Positions 49,828 to 59,764 are shown, numbered from the stretch's first letter. The stretch is DNA of 64,000 nucleotides from Candidatus Aminicenantes bacterium (GCA_003648765.1 QMPV01000002.1:1128-65127), one strand, 5' to 3'. The notes: a model not told the origin generated them from the sequence alone. Numbers and translations: made by a program.

Positions 49828-52785
49828 TTAAAAGTCAAAACCTATCCAGAATTTAGTCTGCCAACGTCCGACAATGTCAAAATGGAAAGGATTGGAAAAG
49901 TCAGGCACCTCGATTCTTTTGACAAAGTCGAGATGGATGGGTAGACCTAAAAAGAAGAATTCTAGGCCAAAGCCGTAAGAGCCAAGGGCATCAAATTCTT
50001 TGAGGGGATGACGGAGATCTCCGGTAAAGCGGTAAAATTTAGCAGGATACCCTTTTAATTTGGCTCTGGCCAGGTCGAGGAACATAGTGCCTCGCACTGG
50101 ACCAATTTGGCCAATAATCGTGGAAGCAGAGTTAACCAGAGGAAATCTAAATTCCAGATTTGCATACCAACCTTCATTGCCAATGAGATTATAGAAATAG
50201 GACGACCGAACTTGATTATTACCGCCGAAGTAGAAAATGTAGGGATTCTTGCCTCGGCTCATAAAACCCACGAAACGAAAAGCCAGGAGGGCGTCTGAAC
50301 CTAGATAGAGATATTGCCGGAGATCTACTTGTCCAGTGGTGTTTTGGAAGAAACTTTGGCTAACCGGGATAGTTTGGCTGATGCTTAAGCTGAAAGTATT
50401 TCCGGCAGCTGGACCATAATATTTAAAATGAGTTGTTTCTCCGACTAATGAAAAAGAGGCCGCCAACAAATTCCCGTTCCAAAAATAATTAAAACGGCGA
50501 TTAAAAAAGTGGAGATAACTGATCATGTAAGGATCATAAAAGTCTTCTTCGTAATGAGAGTACGTTAGCGAGCCTTCAGCTCGATAAAATTTGTTAAAAG
50601 GGTAATAGGCACTGAGATTAATACCCGAGACCTTCCGGGTAGCAATAGCATCGCGATAGGTTAAAAGGCTATAAAGAGCGGGATCGTAGTAATAGAAATC
50701 GGGGTAGTAATAGAAAGTATATTGAAAGGCACTGGTCGAGAACTGAAGACGGTTTCTCTGGTTGATATAGGAAAAGTAATAAGAGCGAAAACTTTGAACT
50801 TGGTAAGCCATAAGATAGAAAGTGTGATCGGCCAACAGGTCGGAAAAAACGATAGCTGAACCACCATAGATTGATCCATCGGTAGCCACAATGGCGTCCA
50901 CAGGAGGGCGAGAGGTAAGATAGAGTTTGCCAATCCCGGTATAAGACTTAATTTTATTGGGATTTATTTCCACTGAAATGATTGGTTCGTATTTTTTAAA
51001 TTTATACTCGGGGGGTCTTTTGGCAAAAACAATGGTTTTCTCTACCGTGGGTTCCAAGTCTTCCGGCCCGAATATCTGGAAAGCTCCTTTATTGAAAGAA
51101 AGAAAAATTATTTTTTTGGGATTCTGTGGATGTGGCAAGGGGAAGAAATTACCCGTCCTCACATCAGTATAGCGTTTTAGTTCGCCGGTTTTTAGATTAA
51201 GTGAATAGATGTTATAGGCGCCCCGGGCATCTCCGGAGAAGAAGATTTCCTCTCCGCTGGCATTGAATTCCGGAGAAATAGTATGCCCTCGCCCAAAAGT
51301 TAGCTGAGTTTTGTCCTTTAAGTCATCAATTGGGGACAGGAAAAGTTTGTCGTAAGCCTTTAGGCGAATAGTATAGGCGATTTGTTGTCCATCCGGGGAA
51401 ATGGCCGGCGCTTTTTCAAAGAGGTCATCATTAGTCAGATTGACAATTTCTTCACTTTCTAAATCCAGTCGGAAGATATCATGTCGACCGTTTCTAAAGG
51501 CAGTAAAGAAGAGTTGCTTCTTCTGGGGATGAAATCGGGGGGAAGAGGGTTGGTCGTAAGGAATTTTAATTTTCCGAATGATTTTGCCATTTAAAGCATT
51601 CAGAATAAAGAGAGCGTATTTCTCTCCAGATCGACCGAAGAAAGCAATTTGATCACCGTCGGCTGACCAATCTAAATCGCGACCTTTAGAAGGGTCAATC
51701 TCAAACTTGATGTTTTCATATTTCCAAGTAAATCCTTTAGTGATGTTGCGAATGATTCGTCCATCTTTGGTGGAAATCATGATGATGTCGATATCAGCGT
51801 CCTTAACGTTATAAGTAATGGCTGCCACTATATCACCCGAAGGCGAGAGGGTGTGGGAGAAGGAAAAATAATAGGGATTTAGAGGAAATTCTGGCCCAAG
51901 AGGTAGACTGTAATCTTCTGGGTTCTCCCTAAGTAAGTAAGGACGGTTCTTTTCCCGGAGGTATTTTTTAAAAGCATGGTTAAATTCCTTATAAGTTAGG
52001 CCAAAGGCCCGCTTGATGGGGTCTCTTTTGCCGATCAAGGGAGAATTTTTCATAGATTGCCAGAATTCCCGGATGCCACTTTTACCAAACTTGGCTTCAA
52101 TGAATTCGTAAATGGCGTGTCCAAAGTCATAAGCTGGGTCTCGCGGCAGTGGATAACGGGAGAGCATTTGCCCTGACTTAGTAAGCTCTGGAATGCGGTC
52201 GTTCAGGACCGCATCACGGACAATAAGGGAGGACCAGGCCGACCAATTGCGGGTATTGTACTCAGAGAAACCTTCAAAGACCCAAAGTGGAGGAGCTGAG
52301 ACGGCGTAGAGCGCACCACCTGGGCTCCCCCAGAGAAGATCATATTCGAAAATATGGGTTAATTCATGTTCGATGAGGTCTTCCATCTCATCCACAGCTA
52401 AGTCACCATGCAAGGCTATCCGGTAGAGCACTGGCTCGGCTACCCCTAGCACCCCCTCGGAGACCCGAAACAAGTTGGTTTGTTCAAATTCGGTAAAGGT
52501 GGAATAAAAGATTAGAGGAACAGTGGCTGAGAGTTCATGTTTTATTTCCTGGCTAATCCGGCGGTAGGCGCTTTCAGCCAGCTCAGCAATGATTTTAAGG
52601 CGTTCCAAATCGTCGTGGTAATAGTAAATGTCAAAGTGTTCAGTTTGATAGTGTTTCCAGTGGAATTTTTTGTACTGAACTTTATTTTTTCCATAATAAG
52701 GAAAATAAATATATTGAGCGGTTAATCCCTGGACAAAGCTCAGGATAAGGATAAACAATAGCCATTTAGTGGTTTTAATCTTCAT
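49828..52785 (-). CDS. large outer-membrane protein: signal peptide, HExxH (zincin-like) N-domain, PD40/TolB-like beta-propeller repeats, C-terminal beta-barrel
   Basis: Signal peptide, HELTHIFE motif, and repeated TolB-like blades (DWSADGDQIAFF..., PRFHPQKKQLFFTAFRNGRHDIF..., ISPDGQQIAYT...). The aromatic-rich amphipathic C-terminal third ends in GFDF. Confidence 0.7.
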   Translation of the reverse strand: MKIKTTKWLLFILILSFVQGLTAQYIYFPYYGKNKVQYKKFHWKHYQTEHFDIYYYHDDLERLKIIAELAESAYRRISQEIKHELSATVPLIFYSTFTEFEQTNLFRVSEGVLGVAEPVLYRIALHGDLAVDEMEDLIEHELTHIFEYDLLWGSPGGALYAVSAPPLWVFEGFSEYNTRNWSAWSSLIVRDAVLNDRIPELTKSGQMLSRYPLPRDPAYDFGHAIYEFIEAKFGKSGIREFWQSMKNSPLIGKRDPIKRAFGLTYKEFNHAFKKYLREKNRPYLLRENPEDYSLPLGPEFPLNPYYFSFSHTLSPSGDIVAAITYNVKDADIDIIMISTKDGRIIRNITKGFTWKYENIKFEIDPSKGRDLDWSADGDQIAFFGRSGEKYALFILNALNGKIIRKIKIPYDQPSSPRFHPQKKQLFFTAFRNGRHDIFRLDLESEEIVNLTNDDLFEKAPAISPDGQQIAYTIRLKAYDKLFLSPIDDLKDKTQLTFGRGHTISPEFNASGEEIFFSGDARGAYNIYSLNLKTGELKRYTDVRTGNFFPLPHPQNPKKIIFLSFNKGAFQIFGPEDLEPTVEKTIVFAKRPPEYKFKKYEPIISVEINPNKIKSYTGIGKLYLTSRPPVDAIVATDGSIYGGSAIVFSDLLADHTFYLMAYQVQSFRSYYFSYINQRNRLQFSTSAFQYTFYYYPDFYYYDPALYSLLTYRDAIATRKVSGINLSAYYPFNKFYRAEGSLTYSHYEEDFYDPYMISYLHFFNRRFNYFWNGNLLAASFSLVGETTHFKYYGPAAGNTFSLSISQTIPVSQSFFQNTTGQVDLRQYLYLGSDALLAFRFVGFMSRGKNPYIFYFGGNNQVRSSYFYNLIGNEGWYANLEFRFPLVNSASTIIGQIGPVRGTMFLDLARAKLKGYPAKFYRFTGDLRHPLKEFDALGSYGFGLEFFFLGLPIHLDFVKRIEVPDFSNPFHFDIVGRWQTKFWIGFDF

Positions 52786-52796
52786 GATAGGCCTCT

Positions 52797-53474
52797 TTAT
52801 CGAATTAAATATCGTTCCTGAATACGTTGGCCTCCCAAGAGGCGACGGAAGAGCTTAAGTTTTAATTTCTGCATAAGGTCGAAGAGGGCAAAATAAGCTG
52901 TCTGATTTTTATTCTGATAGAATTGAGTCTCTTTGAATTGGCGATGATAGATAACTTCTCCTGTAATAGAGTCAATGAGATATAAATCAAGGAGAAGGGA
53001 ATAAAATCGACGTTCCGCCAATTTCGGAGAAGAAGAAAAGGGGTCTTCAAATTGACGTTTTTCCTTGCGCAGTAGAGCCTTACGAACTTCTTCCTTGTAT
53101 TCCACTGAACCGGTGAAAAAGAGGGTTTTTTCCCCTGGCGCCTGACTTTTCCAAAAATTCTTATCTTTTAAGGCCTCCTCATTGTTGATTTCTAAATCCA
53201 GCTGGGCCACTTTCTGGTCTATTTGCTTACTCAATTCAAATTGAAAATAGTCTCTTATTTCTTTGTTAAGATCCACGCCTTTGGGTTGTTTTTTAATAAT
53301 AAAATTGACTAGTCTAATTTCCGAATATTTATCTAGATCAACAGTTGCCTTAGCCGGTAATTCTAGACGGAGTTTGACATAATTATAGCCGGCACAGCCA
53401 AAAGTAATAACCACAAGACTAGGAAGTAACCAGAAATATTTAATTATTTTTGCTTTTAGCATTTTTATTCTCAA
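52797..53474 (-). CDS. hypothetical lipoprotein
   Basis: Lipobox-like ITFGC after an N-terminal signal. No recognisable domain. Confidence 0.5.
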   Translation of the reverse strand: MRIKMLKAKIIKYFWLLPSLVVITFGCAGYNYVKLRLELPAKATVDLDKYSEIRLVNFIIKKQPKGVDLNKEIRDYFQFELSKQIDQKVAQLDLEINNEEALKDKNFWKSQAPGEKTLFFTGSVEYKEEVRKALLRKEKRQFEDPFSSSPKLAERRFYSLLLDLYLIDSITGEVIYHRQFKETQFYQNKNQTAYFALFDLMQKLKLKLFRRLLGGQRIQERYLIR

Positions 53475-53826
53475 CCTTGGAAGAGGGGCTTTCCTCTTGG
53501 AGGAAGGTAGCTTTAAATTTATTATAATTAGCTTGAATGTAGCGATTATTAGGAGCCAGTTTTAAAGCTAATTCGTATTCTCGCTTTGCTTCTTCCCAAA
53601 AGCCTTTTTTTTCATAGGCCACAGCGAGATTATTATGAGCCGCGGCAGAGTCCGGATTTTGCTGGAGGACTTTTTTCCAGCGGAAAATAGCCTCATCCCA
53701 AAGGTTTTGTTTAGCCGCGGTGATCCCAAAGGTTAGTTGAGAGTCTCCTTGGGTAGAGGCGCATCCCGTAAAGGTAAGAATAACGCTTATTAGCAAAATT
53801 ACTAGAATTATGGAAAGTATTCGCAT
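53440..53826 (-). CDS. small TPR-repeat lipoprotein
   Basis: Signal plus lipobox LTFTGC, then TPR-like repeats (AAHNNLAVAYEKKGFWEEAKREYELALKLAPNN). Confidence 0.6.
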   Translation of the reverse strand: MRILSIILVILLISVILTFTGCASTQGDSQLTFGITAAKQNLWDEAIFRWKKVLQQNPDSAAAHNNLAVAYEKKGFWEEAKREYELALKLAPNNRYIQANYNKFKATFLQEESPSSKVENKNAKSKNN

Positions 53827-54397
53827 CTGCCCAGTCTCTTTTAAGATACTCTTTTCCTCTAAAATTTGTCAATTTATTATTAAGCAAAAAATATGCCAAT
53901 CAAATTTATCTGGATGGTTTGAAGAGCTTTTGTCCTAAGGACAGGACAATTGTCCCAGCTTTAATTCTGCGAAGCAGGGACCAACAAGGGATTGTTCAGC
54001 GAAAAAGATGGATATCTTCGACTAAACTTTTGGTTAAGGGAAATTTTCTTCGCCCCAAGAACTATTTAAGCCCACCCTTGAAGAGCCTGGGAGAGAAGAT
54101 ATAGCTGATTCTCTTTTACTTCTATGGCAATTTAGTGATTATTTATATAAAAAATAGGGGAAGGAGATAGTTTTTAGAGAAAAGGCTAAGTTCAATTTTA
54201 TATTTTTAGGTACTCATTACTACTCTGAACCTATTCCAGCTTATAAAATGGTTCAACTTGTTCAATAATAAAAGACAATATTCTAATTTTTTAATCTTGC
54301 GAGCTCGCTTGTAACCAAAACCCTTGGATTTTTGGCTGAGTTATGCTATAAATTACTTTCTTTTATATTTACAATCCTCATCATAAGAGAGAAAGAA

Positions 54398-54589
54398 ATG
54401 CCAAAAGTTTGTGCTATTTGCGGAAAAGGACCTCTGTTTGGTCAGACCCTGAGTCATTCTCATAAGGCCTCCAAAAAAAAGTGGAAACCTAACCTCCAGC
54501 GGGTGAAGGCTCACACGGAAAAAGGCATCCAGCATATTTGGGTATGTACTCGATGTTTAAGAGCCGGAAAGGTCAAGAAAGCCGTTTAA
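54398..54589 (+). CDS. rpmB: 50S ribosomal protein L28
   Basis: MPKVCAICGKGPLFGQTLSHSHKASKKKWKPNLQ matches the L28 N-terminus. A GAGAGAAAG RBS is present. The track ORF starts further upstream, at 54332. Confidence 0.88.
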   Translation: MPKVCAICGKGPLFGQTLSHSHKASKKKWKPNLQRVKAHTEKGIQHIWVCTRCLRAGKVKKAV

Positions 54590-54595
54590 GTAGCC

Positions 54596-56752
54596 TTACC
54601 GGTGGATAACTGAAATCACTTCTTTTAATTTATTTATTTCCTGTTGTATTTTCTGAAGATGGTTGTAGTCTTTCACAATTAAGAGGAGCGAGATAAGAGC
54701 TTTTCCATCGGGAAAAGTAGAGGCTTTGACCTGTTTTATATCACTTTTATGCTGAGCAATGGCGGTGGTGATTTGAGCTAATAAACCAGGCTTGTCTTCA
54801 GTGGTAATCTGGAGACGAGCGGTGAAAGGACCACGGACATTAGGGGCCCAAGAGACCTCAACAATTCTATCTGGATTAAGTATTTCCCGGGTAACTAAAG
54901 GACAGCGGAGGGCGTGAATGGTTATGCCGTGACCTGAGGTGAGGTACCCGATAATGGGTTCGCCTTTAATGGGATGGCAACATTTGGCTAAACGTAAACT
55001 GGGACGATCAGCTCGGGAGATTTGAATTTCAGAAGTGGGACGCCGAGGAAGACGCGGCATCATTTTTTTAATGATCGATTTCTTTTTATCCTTTTGACGA
55101 GACTCTTGGGAGAGGCGGTGAAGTAATCGAGAGGAGAAAACAAGCTTGCCACTACCCAGCAAGACGAAAAGATCTTCCGCAGTTTTGATTCTGAAATTAG
55201 TTAATTGGGCTATTAATTTGAGGAGTGAGGCAGAAGGAGGAGTGGGCCAGCCATGTCTCTGGGCTTCAATCTGCCAGAGCTGACGACCCAAGATGAGATT
55301 TTGTTGGCGTTTTTGTTGATTAAGCCATCTTTTGATTTGATGCCGAGCAGCGTGGGTAAAAGCCATGTTAAGCCATTCGCGAGAAGGGTAGATATCGGGT
55401 TTGGTAATTATTTCCACCATATCGCCAGATTTCAAAATGGTTTTCAATGGGGCGCGCCGTGAATTTATTCTAGCTTCGGCAGCATGAAGGCCAATTTCAG
55501 TATGTATTTTGAAGGCGAAATCTAAAGCGGAAGCCCCTAGAGGGAGAGAGATTCTTTCTCCCTTGGGAGTCAAAACAGTTATATCTTCTGGAAGAAGATT
55601 GCTTTTTAAGGAGTAGAGGAAATGTTTGGGACTTTTGTGGTCTTGATAAAGATCCACCATTTCCCGCAGCCAGTGTAAACGGAGATTTTCGCCGCGATCG
55701 GGGGGCGGACCGGGGTCCTTGTATTTCCAATGAGCCGCAATGCCATTTTCGGCTAGTTCATGCATTTTGCGAGTTCGGATTTGGACTTCGATTGTTTTTT
55801 TCTTGCCCACAATGATAGTCGTATGAATAGATTGATAAAGATTAGGCTTAGGCATGGCGATGAAGTCGTGGAATCGATGAGGCATGTGAGGCCAGTTTTC
55901 ATGAATTATCCCTAATGCTTGGTAGCAATTCGAGGTAGTGTCAGTAATAAGTCGCAAGGCCATAAAGTCATAAACTTCTTCAAAGGAAATTCCTCGACTT
56001 TTCATTTTGTTATAAATGCTATAGAGTCGTTTGAGTCGATATTGAATCTCAGCTGGGATCTGGTTGTCTTTCATTAAAGAAGCCATGATTTTTTTAGTTT
56101 TCTTGAGGGTTTTTTCGGCTTCCTTTTTCAGTGGTTCAACTAATGAAGCAATTTTAAAATAACTTTCAGGATCAACATAGCGGAAAGACAGGTCTTCTAG
56201 TTCAGCTTTGATGCGACCCATCCCCAGGCGGTTGGCCAGGGGAGCGTAAATATCCAATGTTTCTTGGGCCACTTGGCGTTGTTTTGCTTCATCCAGATAT
56301 TTTAATGTTTTTAAGTTGTGGAGCCGGTCAGCCAGCTTGATGAAAATTACCCGCAAATCATCTGTCATGGCCAAGATAATTTTGCGAATACTTTCGGCAT
56401 GGCGGGTTTCCGGAGAAGCCTCTTGCAGACGACTTATTTTAGTTACTCCCTCTACTAGATGGGTGACCTCCTTACCGAAAGCCTGATGTAGCTCAGCGGC
56501 GGTGACTGGGGTATCTTCTAAAACGTCGTGCAGGAGACCAGCCGCGATAGTCACTGGATCCATCCTCATTTCAGCCAGAAAGGCAGCCACTTCCAGAGGA
56601 TGACTGAGATAAGGTTCCCCGGAGCGCCGGGTTTGCCCTTGATGAGCTTGAGCAGCAAAAACATAGGCTTTCTTTAAGAGAGCCAGTTCTTTTTCAGGAA
56701 AATAGTCAATCTTATCTAAAATATCGTCAAAGCGGATCATGGTGATTGCCAA
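54596..56752 (-). CDS. rel: bifunctional (p)ppGpp synthetase/hydrolase RelA/SpoT family
   Basis: HD domain (HPLEVAAFL...HDVLEDT), synthetase domain, TGS and ACT regions. Full length ~718 aa. Confidence 0.93.
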   Translation of the reverse strand: MAITMIRFDDILDKIDYFPEKELALLKKAYVFAAQAHQGQTRRSGEPYLSHPLEVAAFLAEMRMDPVTIAAGLLHDVLEDTPVTAAELHQAFGKEVTHLVEGVTKISRLQEASPETRHAESIRKIILAMTDDLRVIFIKLADRLHNLKTLKYLDEAKQRQVAQETLDIYAPLANRLGMGRIKAELEDLSFRYVDPESYFKIASLVEPLKKEAEKTLKKTKKIMASLMKDNQIPAEIQYRLKRLYSIYNKMKSRGISFEEVYDFMALRLITDTTSNCYQALGIIHENWPHMPHRFHDFIAMPKPNLYQSIHTTIIVGKKKTIEVQIRTRKMHELAENGIAAHWKYKDPGPPPDRGENLRLHWLREMVDLYQDHKSPKHFLYSLKSNLLPEDITVLTPKGERISLPLGASALDFAFKIHTEIGLHAAEARINSRRAPLKTILKSGDMVEIITKPDIYPSREWLNMAFTHAARHQIKRWLNQQKRQQNLILGRQLWQIEAQRHGWPTPPSASLLKLIAQLTNFRIKTAEDLFVLLGSGKLVFSSRLLHRLSQESRQKDKKKSIIKKMMPRLPRRPTSEIQISRADRPSLRLAKCCHPIKGEPIIGYLTSGHGITIHALRCPLVTREILNPDRIVEVSWAPNVRGPFTARLQITTEDKPGLLAQITTAIAQHKSDIKQVKASTFPDGKALISLLLIVKDYNHLQKIQQEINKLKEVISVIHR

Positions 56753-56759
56753 TCAGACA

Positions 56760-57353
56760 TTATTTATGTCCCAAAAGTGAGTTTTGCTCTCGCTTTTTAA
56801 TCCAAGTAACGGCCTCAAGGAGGTCACGGGCGATATAAGCTGGCCTCAGACCTTTGTGCTGAAGTGTGCTCCGTGATTTTTCTCCATACCCTGTTAGCAC
56901 TAAAATTGGTGTGGCTCCGATATTAAATCCAAATTCGATATCTTCTACTTTGTCGCCGATCATATAAGAGCGACTAAGATCGAGATTCCAGTCATGGGCA
57001 GCCCGAAAGCCTAATCCAGGCAAAGGCTTGCGGCAACTGCAATCTTGACGATAGCGGGGATCAGCCGAGAAGCGGTAATGAGGGCAGTAATAGAAGGCTT
57101 CAATTCGGGCCTGGTGGGCTAGAAAATCATGATGCATGCGCTGGTGGATGGCCAGCAATTCCTTTTCTTTGATAAAACCCCGACCGATACCAGACTGATT
57201 GGTAATGACAATAACTTTAAAGCCTAGCTGATTAAGCTCTCGAACGGCTTCAAAACTATAGGAGTAGATTTCAATTTGATGGTAGGAATTGGGGTAGCCT
57301 ACGTCCCGATTGATAGTGCCATCACGGTCGAGAAAGACGGCTCGGTGGGTCAT
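56760..57353 (-). CDS. gmhB: D-glycero-D-manno-heptose 1,7-bisphosphate phosphatase (HAD-IIIA)
   Basis: VFLDRDGTIN motif I, the zinc-binding C...C.C residues, and the VITNQSG and GDK motifs. Confidence 0.85.
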   Translation of the reverse strand: MTHRAVFLDRDGTINRDVGYPNSYHQIEIYSYSFEAVRELNQLGFKVIVITNQSGIGRGFIKEKELLAIHQRMHHDFLAHQARIEAFYYCPHYRFSADPRYRQDCSCRKPLPGLGFRAAHDWNLDLSRSYMIGDKVEDIEFGFNIGATPILVLTGYGEKSRSTLQHKGLRPAYIARDLLEAVTWIKKREQNSLLGHK

Positions 57354-57356
57354 GGT

Positions 57357-58358
57357 TTATCCTATAAATTTCTCCGCAGCGGCCAGAACTTCTTCAGGAG
57401 CAATCGAGGTTAGACAACGATGATCAAAGGGACAAGTTTGGTACCGACAGGGCCAGCAAGGAGCCTCTTTTTTGAGCACGACTGCTGGTTGTCGGTAGGG
57501 ACCAGTCACTCGAGGATCAGTCGGGCCAAACAAAGCCACCACAGGCGTCTGGAGAAGATTGGCCAGATGAAGAGGGCCCGAGTCGTTGGCCACGACCAGA
57601 GAAGCCTCCTGGAGAAGTTGCAAGAGAGTACTCAGACTAGTTTGGCCGCAGAGATTTTTAGGCGAAGGTGACAGAGGAGATGAGATTTGCTCTACTAAAG
57701 GGATATCTTCAGCCGTGCCGATGATTATTACTTCTAGTCCCCGGTTGAGCAGCTCACCGGCCAATTCAGAAAAGTACTTAGGGGGCCAGCGTTTAGCCGG
57801 TCCATAGGCAGCCCCGGGATGAAGTATAACCCAGGGCCGATCGGCATCCAGGTGAAAAGTTGCGGCTAGAGAAGTTCTTTGATTTTTAGTCGAGGGCAGA
57901 GAGAGGCTGAAATTTTCAACACCTGGACTGCTGAGAGAACAACCTACCTGTTGAAGCAACTGACGATAGTACTCCACTTGATGAATGGGCCCAGAGGGAG
58001 GGGAGGCAGTCTTGGTGAGAAGAAAACTCCGGCCATCCTTAGCATACCCCCACCGTTGAGGAATGCGAGCTAGAGTTAGGAGTAAAGCTGAGGCGAAGGA
58101 GTTGGTCAGGAGGATAGCCAAATCGAATTTTCCTTCACGCAGATGATGGGAGGCGAGCCAGTAATCGCGAGGCTTATGAAGGGGTTGGAGAGGAATGTAT
58201 TCTTGAATAAAACCGAGGGATTGGTAAAGTTCTTTAGCCCAAGCTTGTCCTAAGATGGTAATTTTAGCTTGGGGAAAGTTGTGCTGGATGTCTTTGAGTG
58301 CCGGCACAGCTAAGGCAGCATCACCTAGCCAATTGGGAGCGCGGATAATTATTTTCAT
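57357..58358 (-). CDS. GT9-family glycosyltransferase (ADP-heptose:LPS heptosyltransferase-like)
   Basis: MKIIIRAPNWLGDAALAVPAL and the C-terminal ANDSGPLHLA motif typical of WaaC/WaaF-type GT9. Confidence 0.8.
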   Translation of the reverse strand: MKIIIRAPNWLGDAALAVPALKDIQHNFPQAKITILGQAWAKELYQSLGFIQEYIPLQPLHKPRDYWLASHHLREGKFDLAILLTNSFASALLLTLARIPQRWGYAKDGRSFLLTKTASPPSGPIHQVEYYRQLLQQVGCSLSSPGVENFSLSLPSTKNQRTSLAATFHLDADRPWVILHPGAAYGPAKRWPPKYFSELAGELLNRGLEVIIIGTAEDIPLVEQISSPLSPSPKNLCGQTSLSTLLQLLQEASLVVANDSGPLHLANLLQTPVVALFGPTDPRVTGPYRQPAVVLKKEAPCWPCRYQTCPFDHRCLTSIAPEEVLAAAEKFIG

Positions 58359-58429
58359 TTCGATTTAATTTTAATCTCGGGGGTAAGGGTTGTCAAAGAA
58401 GCCTTTTTCTTTCCTGCACAGGCAGTGGT

Positions 58430-58747
58430 TTACTTTGAATCAGATTTTTTCTCTGGGCTACTCGTGGTTGGCTCTCCTGTTTTCTTCTCCTCACTCTTTT
58501 TCTCCGCAGCCTTTTCTTTATGGGCAGAGTTGGAAGGGTTAGGACGGGCATAGTCAGTTACATACCAGCCACTGCCCTTGAAATGAATGGCTGGAGCAGA
58601 GACTATTTTTTGAACTGGGCCACCGCAACGTGGGCAGGCTTCTGGTCCAGAGTCATTGATTTTTTGAAAAAGCTCAAAACAATAGCCACAGTGAAGACAT
58701 TTATATTCGTAAATAGGCATTGTTCTTAACCCCGATGAATTCATCAA
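58430..58747 (-). CDS. FmdB-family zinc-ribbon protein with Lys/Glu-rich tail
   Basis: MPIYEYKCLHCGYCFE...CPRCGG motif. Paralogous to the edge gene at 1..401. The start is probably the internal Met before PIYEY. Confidence 0.75.
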   Translation of the reverse strand: MMNSSGLRTMPIYEYKCLHCGYCFELFQKINDSGPEACPRCGGPVQKIVSAPAIHFKGSGWYVTDYARPNPSNSAHKEKAAEKKSEEKKTGEPTTSSPEKKSDSK

Positions 58748-58994
58748 GGAAAAAGTAAATAAAAATTATAGCATAAACCGGCTGAATGTCAAAAAGCAGG
58801 CAAGGACAAGGAATTCTTGAGCAATTTTTCTTTTTATTTGTGGTGTGGCTAGCCTCCAGTAAACTTCATAGTTTAACTATAACCAGAGGGGATGAGTTTG
58901 ATTAGGTCACCGCCTATCCCCATTAGGGTTGATCTGACTAGGAAAGCGGAGGTTAGGATCTATTGGGCGGAAGGGAATCGCAAGTGGACTTAAG

Positions 58995-59022
58995 TTGACA
59001 AAGAACCTTAAATTGGTATAAT
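58995..59022 (+). promoter_or_regulatory. sigma-70-type promoter (TTGACA, 16 bp spacer, TATAAT) for the yceD-rpmF-plsX-fab operon
   Basis: Exact consensus hexamers: TTGACA at 58995-59000 and TATAAT at 59017-59022, with a TGG immediately upstream of the -10. Lies ~40 bp upstream of yceD. Confidence 0.6.
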
Positions 59023-59062
59023 AGGATAACTTTTTTATTAGAAATTTTTTAGATAGTGGCAG

Positions 59063-59578
59063 ATGATGATTATTGATATTGAACGTATACCTAAGGAAGG
59101 GCTCCACATTGACCGGGATTTTGAGCTGGAAAGCAGTGAGCTGATCGAGGAAGAGGCCGTTTTACTGGAACCCTTGCATGCTGAAATTGATTTGCATAAA
59201 GAAGGAGATGAGCTCTTTATCAAGGGAAAGATTCATACAGTGGTTAGTTTTATCTGCAGTCGCTGTTTGTCGCCTTTTGAGTATTTAGTTGATTCGGAAT
59301 TTGATCTGGTTTATTTGCCCGAGGAATTGTTTGAAATAAAAGAGGAATTGACCGATGATGACTTAGATTTATTTTTCTACGTTGAAAATCAGATTAATCT
59401 CAGAGAAATTGTTTTAGAACAGCTTAATCTCACTTTTCCTATGAAGCCTTTGTGTTCGCCTGATTGTCAGGGGATCTGCCCCATTTGTGGCCAGGTGATT
59501 AATGAGGGAAACTGCCGGTGCATTCGGAAGTCGACCGATCCCCGGTTAGAGAAGCTTAAAACTTTTATAAAGAGATGA
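59063..59578 (+). CDS. yceD: YceD/DUF177-family protein (large ribosomal RNA accumulation protein)
   Basis: C-terminal CxxC...CxxC motif (CSPDCQGICPICG...CRC) and the conserved position upstream of rpmF. Confidence 0.8.
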   Translation: MMIIDIERIPKEGLHIDRDFELESSELIEEEAVLLEPLHAEIDLHKEGDELFIKGKIHTVVSFICSRCLSPFEYLVDSEFDLVYLPEELFEIKEELTDDDLDLFFYVENQINLREIVLEQLNLTFPMKPLCSPDCQGICPICGQVINEGNCRCIRKSTDPRLEKLKTFIKR

Positions 59579-59581
59579 AAA

Positions 59582-59764
59582 ATGGCTAATCCTAAAAGAC
59601 GACATTCTCATTCCCGTAAGGGAAAAAGAAGAGCCCATAATGCTTTGAGCATGCCTCCCCTGTCTCTCTGTCCCAATTGTGGTACGCCTAAAATTCCTCA
59701 TCGAGCTTGCCCGGAATGCGGGTATTATCGGGAACGACAGGTTATCGAAGGAGCGGAAGAATAA
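59582..59764 (+). CDS. rpmF: 50S ribosomal protein L32
   Basis: MANPKRRHSHSRKGKRRAH...CPNCG...HRACPECGYY. Confidence 0.92.
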   Translation: MANPKRRHSHSRKGKRRAHNALSMPPLSLCPNCGTPKIPHRACPECGYYRERQVIEGAEE

